Translations under genes and position numbers: made by a program | Part shown: piece by piece, positions 1-13,060 of the stretch | Position numbering within the stretch: the stretch's first letter is position 1 | Layout of the letters: every line of letters begins with the position of its first letter | The notes under the pieces: generated by a model | What the model saw: only the letters and a program-made list of their open reading frames with translations | Databases searched by the model: none | Told to the model about the DNA's origin: nothing | NCBI GenBank assembly: GCA_011109175.1 | Contig: RDEW01000003.1 | Span: 1,995,761-2,059,760 of the forward strand | Source: Dicyema japonicum | Taxonomy: Eukaryota > Animalia > Dicyemida | DNA: 64,000 nucleotides | Reading direction: 5' to 3'

Positions 1-1520
1 TTGCATATTTTCGTTCAAATTCGTTGCAGAAAGGTTAGATCCCCAAATATTACATGCGTATCCTATTGTAGCTTCGATGAACTGTTTGTATATGACATCC
101 AGATTACTCAGATTTTTTGTCTCTTAGGTTTCTCAAGAACGCCTTCAGGAAGTTGATTTTTTTCGTACAAGTCAATAACATATTTTCGACATGTTTCGTA
201 AAGGTTAAGAAGGTGTCAAAGGTAACTCCCAGGATTTTCTGGTATTTGTTTTGCGGGACAATCTTCCCATCCAGTGTGACGTCATTTGATACTTTCCTAG
301 TTTCTGTTTGTCGTGAATAATGTCAACACCGACTTCTCCGGGCTAGCAGTCAATTGATTTTCCCGAAGCCATAAATTAATTTATTCAGATTCGTTGCTTC
401 CACAATACTCAATCCCTCGAGGCAATGACTATATCACCAGCATACGTTAATAATATGTCATCGTCCCCCTGATGGAGTGGCAAGTCATTCATCATAACGT
501 TATACAAGAGGGGAGATAATGGGGAGCCCTGGGGAACGCCATTTGCTAATAGTCTCGATACGGAACATCGATTGCCATAGTGTACTCGTCCTCGTCGACC
601 ACTCAAGAAATTTCAACCACAATTTCAGGTTTGCGTCAATGTTCGACGAATATATTTTGTGCGTGATAATCTTCCTCGAAACCGAGTCAAAAGCCTTCTG
701 ATATCAATTGAGCATACAATCGTCTTTTTCTGTCCTGGTCTTTTGTTAAGGCCATCTGTTATGAACTTCTTTAATGTATTTAGGTGTGATAGTTGATCGT
801 CCCTCTTTAAAACCATGCTGAAATCTGGCATCCGGGAGGGAATGTCGTGTGAGTGTCATAACCATCCTTTCTAGGATTCTTGTCTGGACCACAAGAGCGA
901 AAAGGCCTGTAAGAAGCAGGGTCCTCCTTTGGTTCCCAGGCTTCAGTATTGGATGAATATTCAAAGTTTCCATATAGCGGGAATACAGTTGAAGTTGATT
1001 GAGTAGTTGAAGATGCATGTTAGTGCTGATATCCCACTGCCCATCTTTTTCAACAGAATAATTGGGATCCCGTCCGGTCCACAGGAATGTTGTTCTTTGT
1101 TCGAAATCTTCAAAGCGACATCTCCCGGTAGAACATACATTGTTAGATGCTTCCTTTTCTGTTTCGGATTTTTGTGTGGAGAAATATCCATCCTTTGGAA
1201 TGGTTTGTGGCTTATTCTAACACAATGTTTGATATATTTATTCAGATCCACCTCCTGTTTACGGTTTCCCTCGATATTGTTTTCAGCGTTTTTGCCATTT
1301 CGCAGGATCCTCCACATCTTGGTAAGTGAACTATTTTTTTCATAGCTCTAGAAATTCGGCTCAGTTTTGATTTTTGAAGAAGTTTTGTCTTTTCGTTGAT
1401 CTTCATGTTTAGTGCACGGATTCTGTTAGTATCATGTTTTCCGTATTGATTCTTTTTTAACGTAAAAAAATTGATAGTAATTAATTCGTTACTATTTATT
1501 ATTAATAGCAATCTCCGCGG
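1..1520 (-). mobile_element. Decayed APE-type non-LTR retrotransposon (LINE) ORF2, RT region
   Basis: Frameshifted ORFs give CGPDGIPIILLK, FQHGFKEGRST, SIDIRR and GVPQGSPLSPLLYNVMMNDLP...LLTYAGDIVI. Confidence 0.85.
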
Positions 1521-1559
1521 AACCAGAAAAGTTAACTAATTTGAGATTCCACTTTTGCC

Positions 1560-3580
1560 ATGCATCTCTGGATACGCGCTGTAAGTCGTTTCCATCCTTG
1601 GTAAAATGTGCTACTTCACCATAGGACCCGTTAAAATCAATTTTTATAAAATTTTAAAAAGATGACTTTTCACCTAAAGATGTCAATCAACTTTAAAAAA
1701 TAAAGTTCGAGTTGTACAACCGAAATCGAAGGCGAATGCCTATGTACTTTCGCCGCATCCAGATCGCCCACAATTTTTTGAAAGAAGCAACCGCCAGAAC
1801 TTTCCTGTGAATAACGTTCTCCGAGTCACCGAGGAGAGATCCTCCTTTCTTGCATGTTCTCCACTTTTCCTCGTTTCTCGTCGTGCAACCGGATATGCTA
1901 GTTCTTTCCGTTTTGTCCGGGTTTACTTCTGGGACCAGTCCTCTAACCCTTGAAGGATCACTTTTAGTATAGTTTCCAGCGAATCCATATCCCAGCAGAC
2001 TAAATCAATATAATCGGCGTAGATTACTTCCATCATGTTAGTGAAACAATTCTTTTCCCGGAGAAGTCTTAGAGCTGCCTCCAGGAATATTATGAATAGG
2101 ACCGGGATAACGAGTCTCTCTGTGGTGCGCCGATGTCGGTTTTAAATCTTGTTGAGTTGTAATTTCCCACACGCACTGATACCGATGTGTTGGAGAGTAA
2201 AAATCTGTTTGACTTGGGTTCAGGAACCCACTTACAGGGTCTGAGATACGATCCAGCATAACAAGAGAGTATTCTCCTTATCGTATTCATTAGTGTAATC
2301 GGGCGTAGACTGTTAGATTTCCTCTTTCCTTTCCAAGTTTCTGAATTGGGATCAAGGTGTCATTCCCTGCATCAAATGAACTGTGACATTGTTCAGGATT
2401 AACTCAGCCATCCTGTCTGGCGCGTATTTCAATAATTTTGCATTCACGTTGTCCGGTCCAGGGGCTCTGCAATTCTTGAGCTTACCCAAGGCTAAAACGA
2501 CTTCGTAATGCGTGATGTTTTGATTCAGGTCTCTGGGAATTCATTCGAACGGTTCCAAGTGTTCATTGAGATTTAGTCGTTTTTTGTAGAAAGCGGCAAT
2601 TTTATTTGCTCATTTTTGGCCGTTGATTATTACTTTTCCTGTGTCATCAAGAACTGTGATTATTTCCGATCTGGTATTGCGGGATAATTTTTTAACCGCA
2701 GCAAACATTTTTGCAACATGTTTGTACCGTTCGGCGTCTTTTGCCAAGTTATTCAGTGTATGCCGCACTAGTTCCCTCACTCTTCTCTTTATTTTGTATT
2801 TGAAACTGTTGCGTTCTCTTTTAAGAGAGTCAGTGAGGTTTGTCGAGTTTGAATACTCGATTGAGAGTAAGAGTTTTCTTTGGTTTTTCGACAGTTCTTC
2901 TATTTCTTTGTCAAATGTTCCTTTGAATCTCCTTGGGCGATTTCCCAGTACATCCCAGCAACATGCCTGACACTGATAGAAATATTCTTCCATAGCAGCC
3001 CGGGTGACATATTCGTGTCGACATCTTCCAACAGTTTCGATATTTTCTCGTCGTACTTTTTATGGGTATTGTCGGAAGTACATAGAGCCTCCACGGCTAA
3101 GGTCATGCTCCGCATACGAACTGCCAGTGCTTCGGAGATTCCAAGGCGTCGCTTTAGAATGAGACGTGCAACTAGTAGTCTATGATCACTTGAGGTCATC
3201 ATGCCACTGTACGTACGGGAGTCCGTGGGTAGCACCCTCTATGTTTGCCTGCATACTATATAGTCGATTTGGTTAAATATATTGACGCGATTTCCTTGGG
3301 AGTCTCTCCTCTGCCTTGTCCAAGTCTTAATATGTCACGCAGCATGTCGGAACGCCGTGTTACAAAGGAACAGTCCAAATGACTCGCAGAAGTGCATAAG
3401 GGCCTCCCCGGACAGATTTCTGTTACCTCGAGCGTGGCTGCCCGAGCAATTTTATTCGTTCCGTTTTTTTCCCACTTTGGAATTCCAGTCTCCCACTATA
3501 AAGAGCATATGATAGGGACGAGTAGAAATTGTCAAGTTCTCTGCGTTGGCGGATACCCTCACTGTGCCGGATAACACAAA
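1560..3580 (-). mobile_element. Decayed RTE-like LINE (APE end, start of RT, C-terminal remnant)
   Basis: NQIDYIVC...SDHRLLVARL (APE end, about 3170-3280) and KNCRAPGPDNVNAK (about 2440-2480). Many stops and frameshifts. Confidence 0.75.
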
Positions 3581-4379
3581 ACAATCTTTTCTCTAATTTT
3601 CACAATTATTGCCTTTACTGAAGCAATTAGGATATCTACATACAAAATCCCTTCATCTTCACAGTTCCTGAATAAATTCATTAAGCACGTGCAACATAAA
3701 TGTTCTCATATTTGAAATGAACGAAAGCAAGTTCTGTCCTTTAATGTTTAATTTCTTTATAGTGCCAGATTATCATTAGGAGATTGATCCAAGTAAATCA
3801 AGTCCAGTAATTATGCCTAGAACCTATGAACGTCAGGAGAATGAAGGATGCAACAAAGAATCGTTTTAGAAGATTTGTTTCCATTAATGTTATAATGGAC
3901 TCTATCTGCTAAAGAAAGGTTCCACGAACGTCTGATAAAAGAGATTCCAAAAACTGTAGAAATGTATTGATTTCTAATATGGATTGTTCTACTTAGACCA
4001 CAGACCATGCTGAACACATAGGAACGCTTATCACAAGGAGGGAAAGGATGAGAGAACGGAGCTGGCTTATTGATCACATTTCCTTACAATCGTCAGGAAA
4101 TGCGTTTTAAATTCTGAAAGCAGCCAGCCGTGAATAAAAGGAACTTGGAAACAAAATAATGTCCATTCCATTTAGAACAAAATATTTAAGAATTAGGTAA
4201 CACCAAAATTAGTGTAGCCCACAATAGTCGAAATTTAATTTTTGTTGTCAAAGCATCCAGTCCTAGATTACCGCGCATCCACACAAGAATGATATGGATC
4301 AAATAATCTTATCAACGTTATTAATCCACTAGTTCGTTTAGTTAAGTCATGTCCTACACTGTAGCAGACAAAAAAGAAA

Positions 4380-4452
4380 CGCCCTCGGCCGGATTCGAAC
4401 CAGCAACCTTGCGGTTAACAGCCGCACGCGCTAACCGTTGCGCCACGAAGGC
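4380..4452 (-). tRNA. trnN-GTT: tRNA-Asn (GTT)
   Basis: Reverse complement GCCTTCGTGGCGCAACGGTTAGCGCGTGCGGCT-GTT-AACCGCAAGGTTGCTGGTTCGAATCCGGCCGAGGGCG forms a complete cloverleaf with intact A and B boxes, followed by a T-rich tract. Confidence 0.96.
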
Positions 4453-4559
4453 TTTTTATATAGAAAATATTATTAGATAAATATTCCAATTATTATTAGT
4501 CCTGAGATGTCAATATACTTTCGTGTAGAAAATAGAATCACCTATGAGCTCGATTTAAA

Positions 4560-4810
4560 AATCACAACGTTTCCCCCGTGTTTAGACATGCAAAAGCGCT
4601 GGCTTCAAAGAAAGTTTCGAGCAACATTTTCTGTGTCAGATTTTCTCAGTCTCTCTCCAAGCATTGACAAGTACATCGTAAAGTTTGGATTTCCTTGAGC
4701 TCTGTCCAGCATTTCGTCAAGATCAACCTCGTTTGGACTTATATCCACTAATAATAAAGATAGGTTTCCCACTAAGGTCAATCTTTGAAATAATTCGAAT
4801 CTAGATACTT
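4560..4810 (-). pseudogene. Myosin regulatory light chain-like EF-hand fragment, 5' part disrupted near a SINE piece
   Basis: LDEMLDRAQGNPNFTMYLSMLGERLRKSDTENVARNF resembles MRLC LDEM..EAPGPINFTMFLTMFGEKL..TDPEDVIRNAF. No intact start was found. Confidence 0.5.
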
Positions 4811-4816
4811 TTGCTT

Positions 4817-4908
4817 TACGAGTGACTCCGTCATCAGTGAACATTGTTCTTTACTTAAATAAAAGTGTGTGCCCTGCCTGAGAGGAGCTATAGATAATAT
4901 GGGTCTGA
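4817..4908 (+). mobile_element. Internally deleted piece of tRNA-derived SINE family 1
   Basis: acgagtgactccgtcatcagtgaa and ttctttacttaaataaaagtgtgtgccctgcctg match the body and tail of the copy at 26402-26718. Confidence 0.75.
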
Positions 4909-5084
4909 GTATAAGTGCAGTTTGACAAGTTGTGGAGAATTGTAATACCAACACATTGTTGTGAGGAAGTACCAAATGGAGGAACAGGTTGGAACGGAAA
5001 AACAAAATATAGGATTATATTTATATTATGATTAAAGTTGTTATGATTACACATTCTGAGAGATCTTAGAGACCATTGCTTTAT

Positions 5085-5280
5085 TTCTGATTCAGTTGAT
5101 TATTCTTACCTTGTCGAATGGCTACACAGTCTGTGTATGCCTCTGTGGTGCATTGCTTTGTACTAGCTCTGGTGAATAGGTGGAGTATTCATTTGAACTA
5201 TAATAGGCAAAATCATGTTAAACTAAGAGGGGATCCTTCAGGGTGATAGTATGTCTCCGATACTCTCCGTTTGGAGTTCT
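5085..5280 (+). mobile_element. R4/Dong-like RT fragment, same family as 15423-16740
   Basis: Near-identical to the reverse complement of about 16260-16455 (DSVD.SYLVE.LHSLCMP; GILQGDSMSP). Confidence 0.8.
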
Positions 5281-5534
5281 TTGAGAGTATTGCAAGACTG
5301 CAATATATTTTTGGTTCGATCAACAAATATATGTCCACATTGTAGATCCAGAACATGTCAGTTAGCTACTCAGAGTGGGTCCATTCTCTACCACGACTAT
5401 GTGTGGAGAAAAAAAGTAGTTAGGAAAATTTCATTTTTAAGAAATGAAATAAATAATTGATTAGGTTGGCTAAAATTATAAAAATTATCAAATAAATGTA
5501 ACATTTTTGCTTATCTTATGAATTACTTGACCCT

Positions 5535-6613
5535 GACGGTAACATTTGCACGGGACTGTAGACATTAACGAAGCAACGAAGGATGTTCAGATCCACTTGA
5601 ACACTCTTGAAGAGTGGCTTGGAGCAAACCACCTATCCCCCTCTCCATCGAAACCCACCGTCACTGTATTCACGTCCAACTGCCGCCAACTAAATTTTCA
5701 ACCAATTTTAACAATTCATGGACAACCACTCACTGTTACGAAACATCCCAAAATACTTGGAGTTATTTATGACCAACTACTAACTTTCTCTAAACATGTG
5801 GAGGAACAATGTACAAAGGCCTCTCACAAGATCAACATACTTAAAGCTGTGTCAGGTCATTCCTTTGGCCAAAGCAAAGAAGCCCTAACCATCATAAACA
5901 ATTCATTCGAACAACTATTAACTATGCAAGTCCTTGCTGGTCAACCTCTCCCTCTCTTACTTCTATTGACAAACTACAAAAAGTACAAAACATCGCGCTC
6001 AGGATAATTACTGGATGTCTCAGATCAACTCCTGTCGATCATCTACATTGGGAGTCAAAGATCCTTCCAATTGGAGACCATCTGGAAATGAGAGCCCTGC
6101 AGTTCTTCTCTCAAGCCTACAGTCTAGAACATCCCTGCCACTCCCTATGCAAGCCGCAAAACAAAAGGAAAATTATTATGACAACCAGTGACCTGTCTCG
6201 GATGTTATCATCCATTCCTTCCATCCCCAATGACAGGAGTCGTCTGAAACAGATACACGATTTTGTTTCTACGAGAAGCATCCGAAGACTCGGAGACAAT
6301 AAAATATTACAGCGACCCCCTCCTCCAATAGACCAATTAGAATCCTCTCTTTCAAGGGACGTGCGAGTAAACCTGACTCGTGTACGATGTGGGCACCACC
6401 CATGTCTACCAACATGTGATGTACTCTGCCCCTTTGCAACCTCCACGTGCTGACAACAAATCACCTATTTCAATGTCATGAATTGGCACAACATTTCTCC
6501 ACAATACCGGAACTGACCGATCGATGAGAGCGACCAACATCTGCTGCGTACTACTTAATAGCTGCTGGCCTCCTACAAGTTAGTGAGGCTGGGGTTACTT
6601 AACTAACTAACTA
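5535..6613 (+). mobile_element. 5'-truncated LINE 3' end with GGGGTT+(AACT)n tail
   Basis: Post-RT motifs PKILGVIYDQLLTFSKHVEEQC, ITGCLRSTP..HLHWESKILPI, and RVRCGHHP..C. Ends ggctggggttacttaactaactaacta. Confidence 0.8.
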
Positions 6614-6614
6614 T

Positions 6615-7335
6615 AGTATATTCTGTTTTCTCGGTGTTAATTTTTAGGAATGATTTTACAATGTTTTGGCCAATTTGTCCAATATACCTTCTAATTAGTG
6701 GTCTGTTGCTGTGAGGTCTATGTCATCTGCGAAGATGACTTCCGTTATATGTCTGCGGATATTATTCCTGGCCTCTCGTAGGGTTGCCTCCAGATATGCG
6801 ATGAATAAGACCGAGGATAGGGCGTTTCCTTGGGGCGGTGCCCTTGTTTGTTCCAAATACTCTGGATTTCTGATTTTCGGGTTGGATAAATAGTTGAGTG
6901 GAGGAGAGTAGATAACGAATTATTCTGATGCAATCTTCCTCGAGTAGTGGTGTTAATATTTGTATCATCTTGACTCTGCTGATTGAGTCAAATTCCTTAG
7001 ATAGGTTGATTCCCATTATGTGGTACTTCTCTATATTTTTGGCATGAAGCACACATCCATCTGTGGCTCCAAACGGTATCGGAAGTTGATCTTCCAGAGA
7101 CAAACCCCCGATAAATCCACTAGTGGGCTTTTATTCTGTCCAGAGCAATTAGCGATAGAATTTTGCGCAGTGAGTTGAGTAGTATGATTGGTCTCAAGCT
7201 ATTTAGCTTTCCTTTTTCCTTCCCCGATTTATATAAGGGGATCAATCTTCCGATTCCGATGTTAATTCTGGAGTGTTCCTCAAAAGTTTTGTTCAGAATG
7301 TGAGTAATGAGTTTTTGAAACTCTTCAGAAGAATA
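6615..7335 (-). mobile_element. RTE-like RT fragment
   Basis: IMGINLSKEFDSISR, TNKGTAP..., IFADDIDL. Same family as 38400-39560. Confidence 0.75.
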
Positions 7336-7339
7336 TCTT

Positions 7340-7910
7340 GGGAGACGACGATGTTACTAAAGTCAATGCAGTCTCACTTGGAACAACAAATGGAAAAATT
7401 ACCTTTGTGAACGTTTATGTGCCTCCACTTGGTTCTTTTCCGAAGCACTACACTATGCCCAATTTATCTACTTTGGCATCCTTGAACGACGTGATCATTG
7501 GGGGATATCAACGCCAAACACCCTCTATGTTCTGAAATGCCTTACAGGCTTATGGAAGATCGAAAAGCATTCTGTTTTGAGCACTGTATATAAACAATTC
7601 ATTGAATCATGCATCTCTTATGCATGTGGTATATGGGGTCCACTCATTTCTTGGACGAATGTCTTGAAGATAGAGGCTAGTCGGAAAAGAGCCTCAAAAG
7701 TCACGGAACGCTGGATTTCTGGAGAGTTCCACCCACCATTGCCACTTGAAGTCTTGATACGAATGAACCATAGAACGCGCCGTCGTGACTGCGAAGTTCC
7801 AGTCACTCGACCGATACGTGCTTATGTGGGGTAGAGGGAGGAGCATCGGGCCAAGATGAAATTCCTGCTAGTGCGTGCTGGAGATTTTAACTCTGGGGTT
7901 AATAATAATA
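7340..7910 (+). mobile_element. Internally deleted LINE remnant (APE piece joined to 3' end) with GGGGTT(AAT)n tail
   Basis: ITFVNVYVPP...DVIIGG (APE) and VYKQFIESCISYACGIWG. Ends ctctggggttaataataata. Confidence 0.65.
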
Positions 7911-8813
7911 AGTTGCAATCGGGAAATTCACCACTGGAGTCTGCAAGGTCCCTATAAATATTTTACAAACTTTAAAACTTGAGCTAAGACAGCTATATTA
8001 GATCCTTAAATTTCAATCTTTAGTAAGATGAGGAGATCATTTTAATAACCCAGGATATCCACAAAATAGGTTTTATCCAGTTCTACCGGTTAGTGGGACA
8101 TATCTTTTCTCAGCATACTGTTTCTGTCGATTATCTGCCATTATGGGAACTCCTTCACTAAAGTAGGTAAAAGAGGGATCTTTTTGGATCCAGGCCAGTC
8201 ATTGAGCGGATGACGCTTCCAGGTGAAGAAGGCAAAGAGCAGAATGGTGTTCCTTAGAGGGCTATTATTAGATCATAGATACATAACTATTACCTTGAAT
8301 CATTAAGTCAACTAGGCATTACATGCAATACAAATATGCCAGTCTATTAAAAGGGCTGTAGCAATTTCAATTACGAAACCAATAATCGATGAGAATTTTA
8401 ACATTTTAATATCCGCTGACTCTATAGACTTTTGTCTGTCCACACATTAGTAGAGACTGAGTAAGATGAAATATTTATAATAAGGCATCGGATACTTACT
8501 AACAGTGACCATTGACCAATAATTAAAACCAAAACTTACACATCCGATGCTCAATTAGTCCTCCTACTCCACACACTAAATGAATAGATCGACCGATGTT
8601 ATCTAGAGAACCATGTCATTGGTTCTACCAGTCCAAGTTGACTGAAAAACCGATTGGTTATTAAAACTCTTTAGTTCACCCAATATAACCACGTTATTAT
8701 AAAAGAGAGCAAGCTTCGGACAATCATTAGAAGAGCCACTTAGATCTACCTCCTTCGATCAGCAATAATGTTCACAAAAAGGGAACTAAATAATATAAGG
8801 AATAAATTTCATT

Positions 8814-9453
8814 TTAAGGATCAAAGCTTTTGCTTATAAATAGATTTTTCTGTAGAACCCGGATTTCCTCATAAATGAGAATTGCTGGTCCCAGGAGAAG
8901 ATTCATGCGAGTCAACACATCATTCCGTTGCAGAAGGAAAAGAGCAAATCCATCAATTTCCTACTAAATGAATCAAACATTCCACATGGCCCAAAAATAT
9001 CTGAGATTCTTCAGGATACCCCAATCCCTTCACCCAATCGGCAACCTCGTGAGACGTCCACCTAACAAAGTCCACCACTTTGCCCCTTTTCTGGGGAAAT
9101 TCTCTATTGCAATCACGACAGGTCCAGGAAAAAGACTCGGAAGCTGTAGGATGTTCGTTAATGGAAGGATCGTTGCAGTCTGTGTGAAATGCAAGATCGC
9201 AGCGCATACAGACGGCGAGATCACTCTCAAACCCGTCCTGTCCACAAACTGCGCAGTTCTTGCAGTCTATGCAGAACCAATTTCCATTTTTTCCACATTT
9301 ATTGGGATTTGCTGGATAATTAAGGCAGTGAATGTGATCTAGATGATTTTAGAAGTAGGAATTACAAGAGTTTTTACAGTCGGAGCATTCAAGCATCACA
9401 TCGACGTAACCTGAAGTTTTACAATGTTTGCATGTGGATCGTTTTCTCCCCAT
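8814..9453 (-). CDS. Double PHD finger + SAM (Atherin/SAMD1-like) chromatin protein, about 197 aa, 2 introns (9339-9365, 8961-8985)
   Basis: Spliced: MGRKRSTCKHC...ECSDCKNSYHIHC...WFCIDCKNCAVC...VCMRCDLAFHTDC...WTCRDC, then SAM [50 protein letters not shown], ending TAA. Confidence 0.88.
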
Positions 9454-9929
9454 CTGATGATAATGTTGTATGCGGAAAAACAAATAAATATTAATTTTTT
9501 TATAATTATATTTAAATAATTTTTAATAAATACTGACCATGACTCCTCGTGCACTTCTCTGAAAGGGAGTTTATAATCGATTTACTTGATAACGCAGAAG
9601 GAAGAAGGGGTACGATGGAGGATCACAGATGTAAAATGGGGTTGCTAATTGATGGAATTGGATCATTTAGCTGTTTGATTATACTCTCGTTTTTATCGAT
9701 GACCCTGAGATTCTAATTACATTTATACGTATTCATGCAAATAAATGTTGTTTTCATGTGATTTAGCTGTCTCAATGTGTGATGATACCTGCTTTTAGGA
9801 CAACCCTCGACATCTGTTGAATATTCAAATCTGATTTAGGGTCAGTTGAAATAATGGTCCATAGCAAGTAAGATATTATAAAGAAAAAGCACTGTAAATT
9901 AAGTGATGGGGAAGTAATATGAAACGGTA

Positions 9930-12900
9930 GGGCATGCCAACCGACTTCTACCCCGACAGTCTCCTCAAAAAAAATCCGTAAACACCGGGTCATCTCTGAA
10001 GATATGAGTCAGATTCTTTAGTGCGATTTTTGAAATCTCGAATAAGATTTTCGATAGTTCTGCCAACCTTGCACATTTTTCCTTCCAACCATAGGGGAAT
10101 CGGCATACGAGGACTTATCCCGTAAGCAAGCTTTAGAGCCAAATTTCGCGTTTTCTCAAATTTCTTGAGGATAGTGTCTATCTTTTTCGAATCGTCCCAT
10201 CCTTCTAAACCGTACAACATTGCAGGTAGTATCGCAGTGTTGAAGATATAAACAATGGTCTCCGGCTCGAGCTTTAGTTTTCTAACGCAGTATATAGCGT
10301 TCGTAGCTTTTTTCTTTTGTATTTTAGCATGTTCCATAAAATTACCTCCCTCGTCAATTAGGAGGCCAAGGTATTTCATAGTCTTCTTCCGAGTATGTCT
10401 TGTAACAAGCTTTTTAGGTTAGCCATCCTCCTTCTAGTTATCCTCAGCATACCAGACTTATCATGTGCCACCGAAAGAAGTTTTCATTGCACCACACTTC
10501 AATCTGGTCCATGTACGTCTTCAATCGTTGCTCAGATACCAAAGGGGTTAAAGAAACATCATAGATTATGACGTCATCAGCGTATATCAAAATTTCTGTA
10601 CGTGGGTTTTCTGGGGAAGGCAATTCACTCATTACAATGTTAAATAATAGAGGACTGAGCAATGAACCCTGGGGTACACCTCTTCTCAACCAAATTTCAC
10701 GAGATTCATAGTTTAAAAAATTAACAATTGACCGTCTATCCGAGAGCAAACTTTGTATCCAAAAATAGCACATTTCGCAAGACAAATATAAAGACCAAGA
10801 TGCCACACACTGTCGAAGGCTTTGGATATATCAAGGCAGACTGCGGTCAAACACCTTCTGTACAAACAATCTCCACAAGACCGATCTTTTCGAAAACCCC
10901 ACTGATGGTCCTTTAGTATATCATTACGTTCTATATTTTCAGAAAGTCTGTTGAATAAAATTCTTTCCATAACTCTTGAGATCGTTGGTATAGCTTATGG
11001 GCCTATAACTGGTTGTTAAGTAGCCAGGTTTCCCACATTTACTTATCATCCTGACCTCCGTCAACTTCCAATGCAAAGGTATATGACCCAACCTGATACT
11101 GCATGTATAGAGACATCCCAGATATTCATAGAGTACCTTGGGTGCTTCCTTGAATAAACGAATAGCGATCTTGTCCTTTCCAGGAGCATTGTCCTTAGTG
11201 CATTTTACCGCATTTTCAACTTCCCCAGCATTTATAGGGCTGTGACGTAGGGGTAAAGAACTAACTACTTTTTCCAACTTTTCTTTTAGAGAACTGAGGG
11301 CCAAAGAAGACAGTCGCTCATCAGGGTTAACCTGTTGTATTTCCGAGAGTTCATCCCCAAAAAGGTTAGGAATTTCTTTTAAAGATACAGGAGACCCATC
11401 ATGTTTTTGCAACAGTGGAATTTCTTTTCTGGATTTACGTCCGGTCACTTTGTTATAGACTTTCCAAAAGTTTGGGTTTTTTCTATAAAATTCACTACAC
11501 TTAGCTATCCAAAATTTATTTTCCTTAACTTTTTCTAATCTGCGTATTTCTTGCGTGAGCCTACGGTCATGGGCATCAGGACATCGACGTAATTTGTTTT
11601 TCAAGCATCGTTTCCTTTTCAAAAGGACTATAACATTTTTTGGTGTCAAAAGAAAATTCTTGTTAACCGAATAAACTTTAGTCGCATATGTTTCAAGGTA
11701 CAATTTAAAAAAACAATTAGAGTCAATCGAACCCTCAAGATCAGACATGGAAGACTTCGAATTACAAAAATTCCCAAAACGTTATAAATATATAGTAATA
11801 CTTTTTCGGTAATAGTCCGAGTTTATACTTGTCAGATCTTAGCGTACTAGAGCAGGCTTGACCTCTAAAGGAGCTAGGTTGAGTTTATAAAGGATCGGTA
11901 GATGATCACTACCAATATCACCGAGCGTTATCGGTCGTTCCAAAAATTGATGAACAGATTCCGATATTAACGCCATTCCCAAATAATCCCAGCCACTTGG
12001 AGAATAGTGATTCGGAATCGAGGACATCACAACAGAAAACCCGGAAGACACGGACAAATCTTTCAAAAAAGGCCGTCTCTATTCGTCCCCAGACAACCAA
12101 ACGAGGTATCTTTGGAGTTTAAGTCCTCAAAAAGGATCGAGAACGGTGGATTTTCATTATGAAAAAAATTCTCGATAAGATAAGGATACGAAGATGATTT
12201 TTTAGAATACATTCCTTCAATTTTCATCCACATATTTTTCACCCGTACTTCCAGGGAAACAAACTCACACAATTCTTGGGACATGATCTTCAGGTTACGA
12301 ACCATCAGATTTAGTCTGTAGAACAAAGACGTACCCTTTCCTGCAACCGAGCCAGACTTCCATTTAATATCAAGAGAACAATATCCCTCAAGTTAAAAAT
12401 TATCCTCTCTCTTTAACTTCGTTTCATTAACAATTGATATATCAACGGGATCGGTGGATAACATGTGCACAATCTCAGAACGCCTTCTCTTTGAAGATCG
12501 GGCGTTTACCCCAATGATAGTAAGAACAGACTTCATGCTTGTAGAACCTTTGCCTCTCCAAAAACGAGGGCCAACAGGTTTCTGACATCAAATCCTTTTT
12601 CGGAACAAATATAAACTAGTTCGCCAACAGCATTTATCAATTCCAAGTCTGCAACTGGGCCTTCCACCAGAATAGGAGTACCGACAGTATTCCCTTTGTT
12701 CATGTAATAGGTAACAATGTTTGTATTGTCAGAGGTTCGGTCAGTCTATTTGGGTCGAAAAATCACATTTTATGGAGCGTGTAGATTTTCCCTAAACACT
12801 TTCAACAGCCTCAACTTTAACCCACTTAACTGGTCGAAACACCTTCTTAGTCTTGTCTTTTGTTCTTTCTTCAAAAACAGCCTTTGCTGAAGAACAACCA

Positions 12901-13060
12901 CCATAACAAGCCAAATGACCAACTGTCCCACAGTTAATGCACTTCCTTTCACTGCCCTTCGCCAAACAAGAGTTCATATTATGATCTCTACCACAAATTA
13001 AGCACCTTTCATTTTCCTTGCAGAAATTCGCAATAATGGTCCATCCAAACCAAACCAAAC
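9930..13060 (-). mobile_element. Nearly complete decayed Jockey/I-like LINE: ORF1 with CCHC knuckles, ORF2 APE-RT
   Basis: ORF1 CLICGRDHNMNSC and CINCGTVGHLACYGGC. ORF2 starts MKSVLTIIGVNARSS at 12536, then GSDHLPI, APGKDKI, SYRPIS, LDISKAFDSVWH, GVPQGSLLSPLLFNI, YADD, KYLG. Confidence 0.9.
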
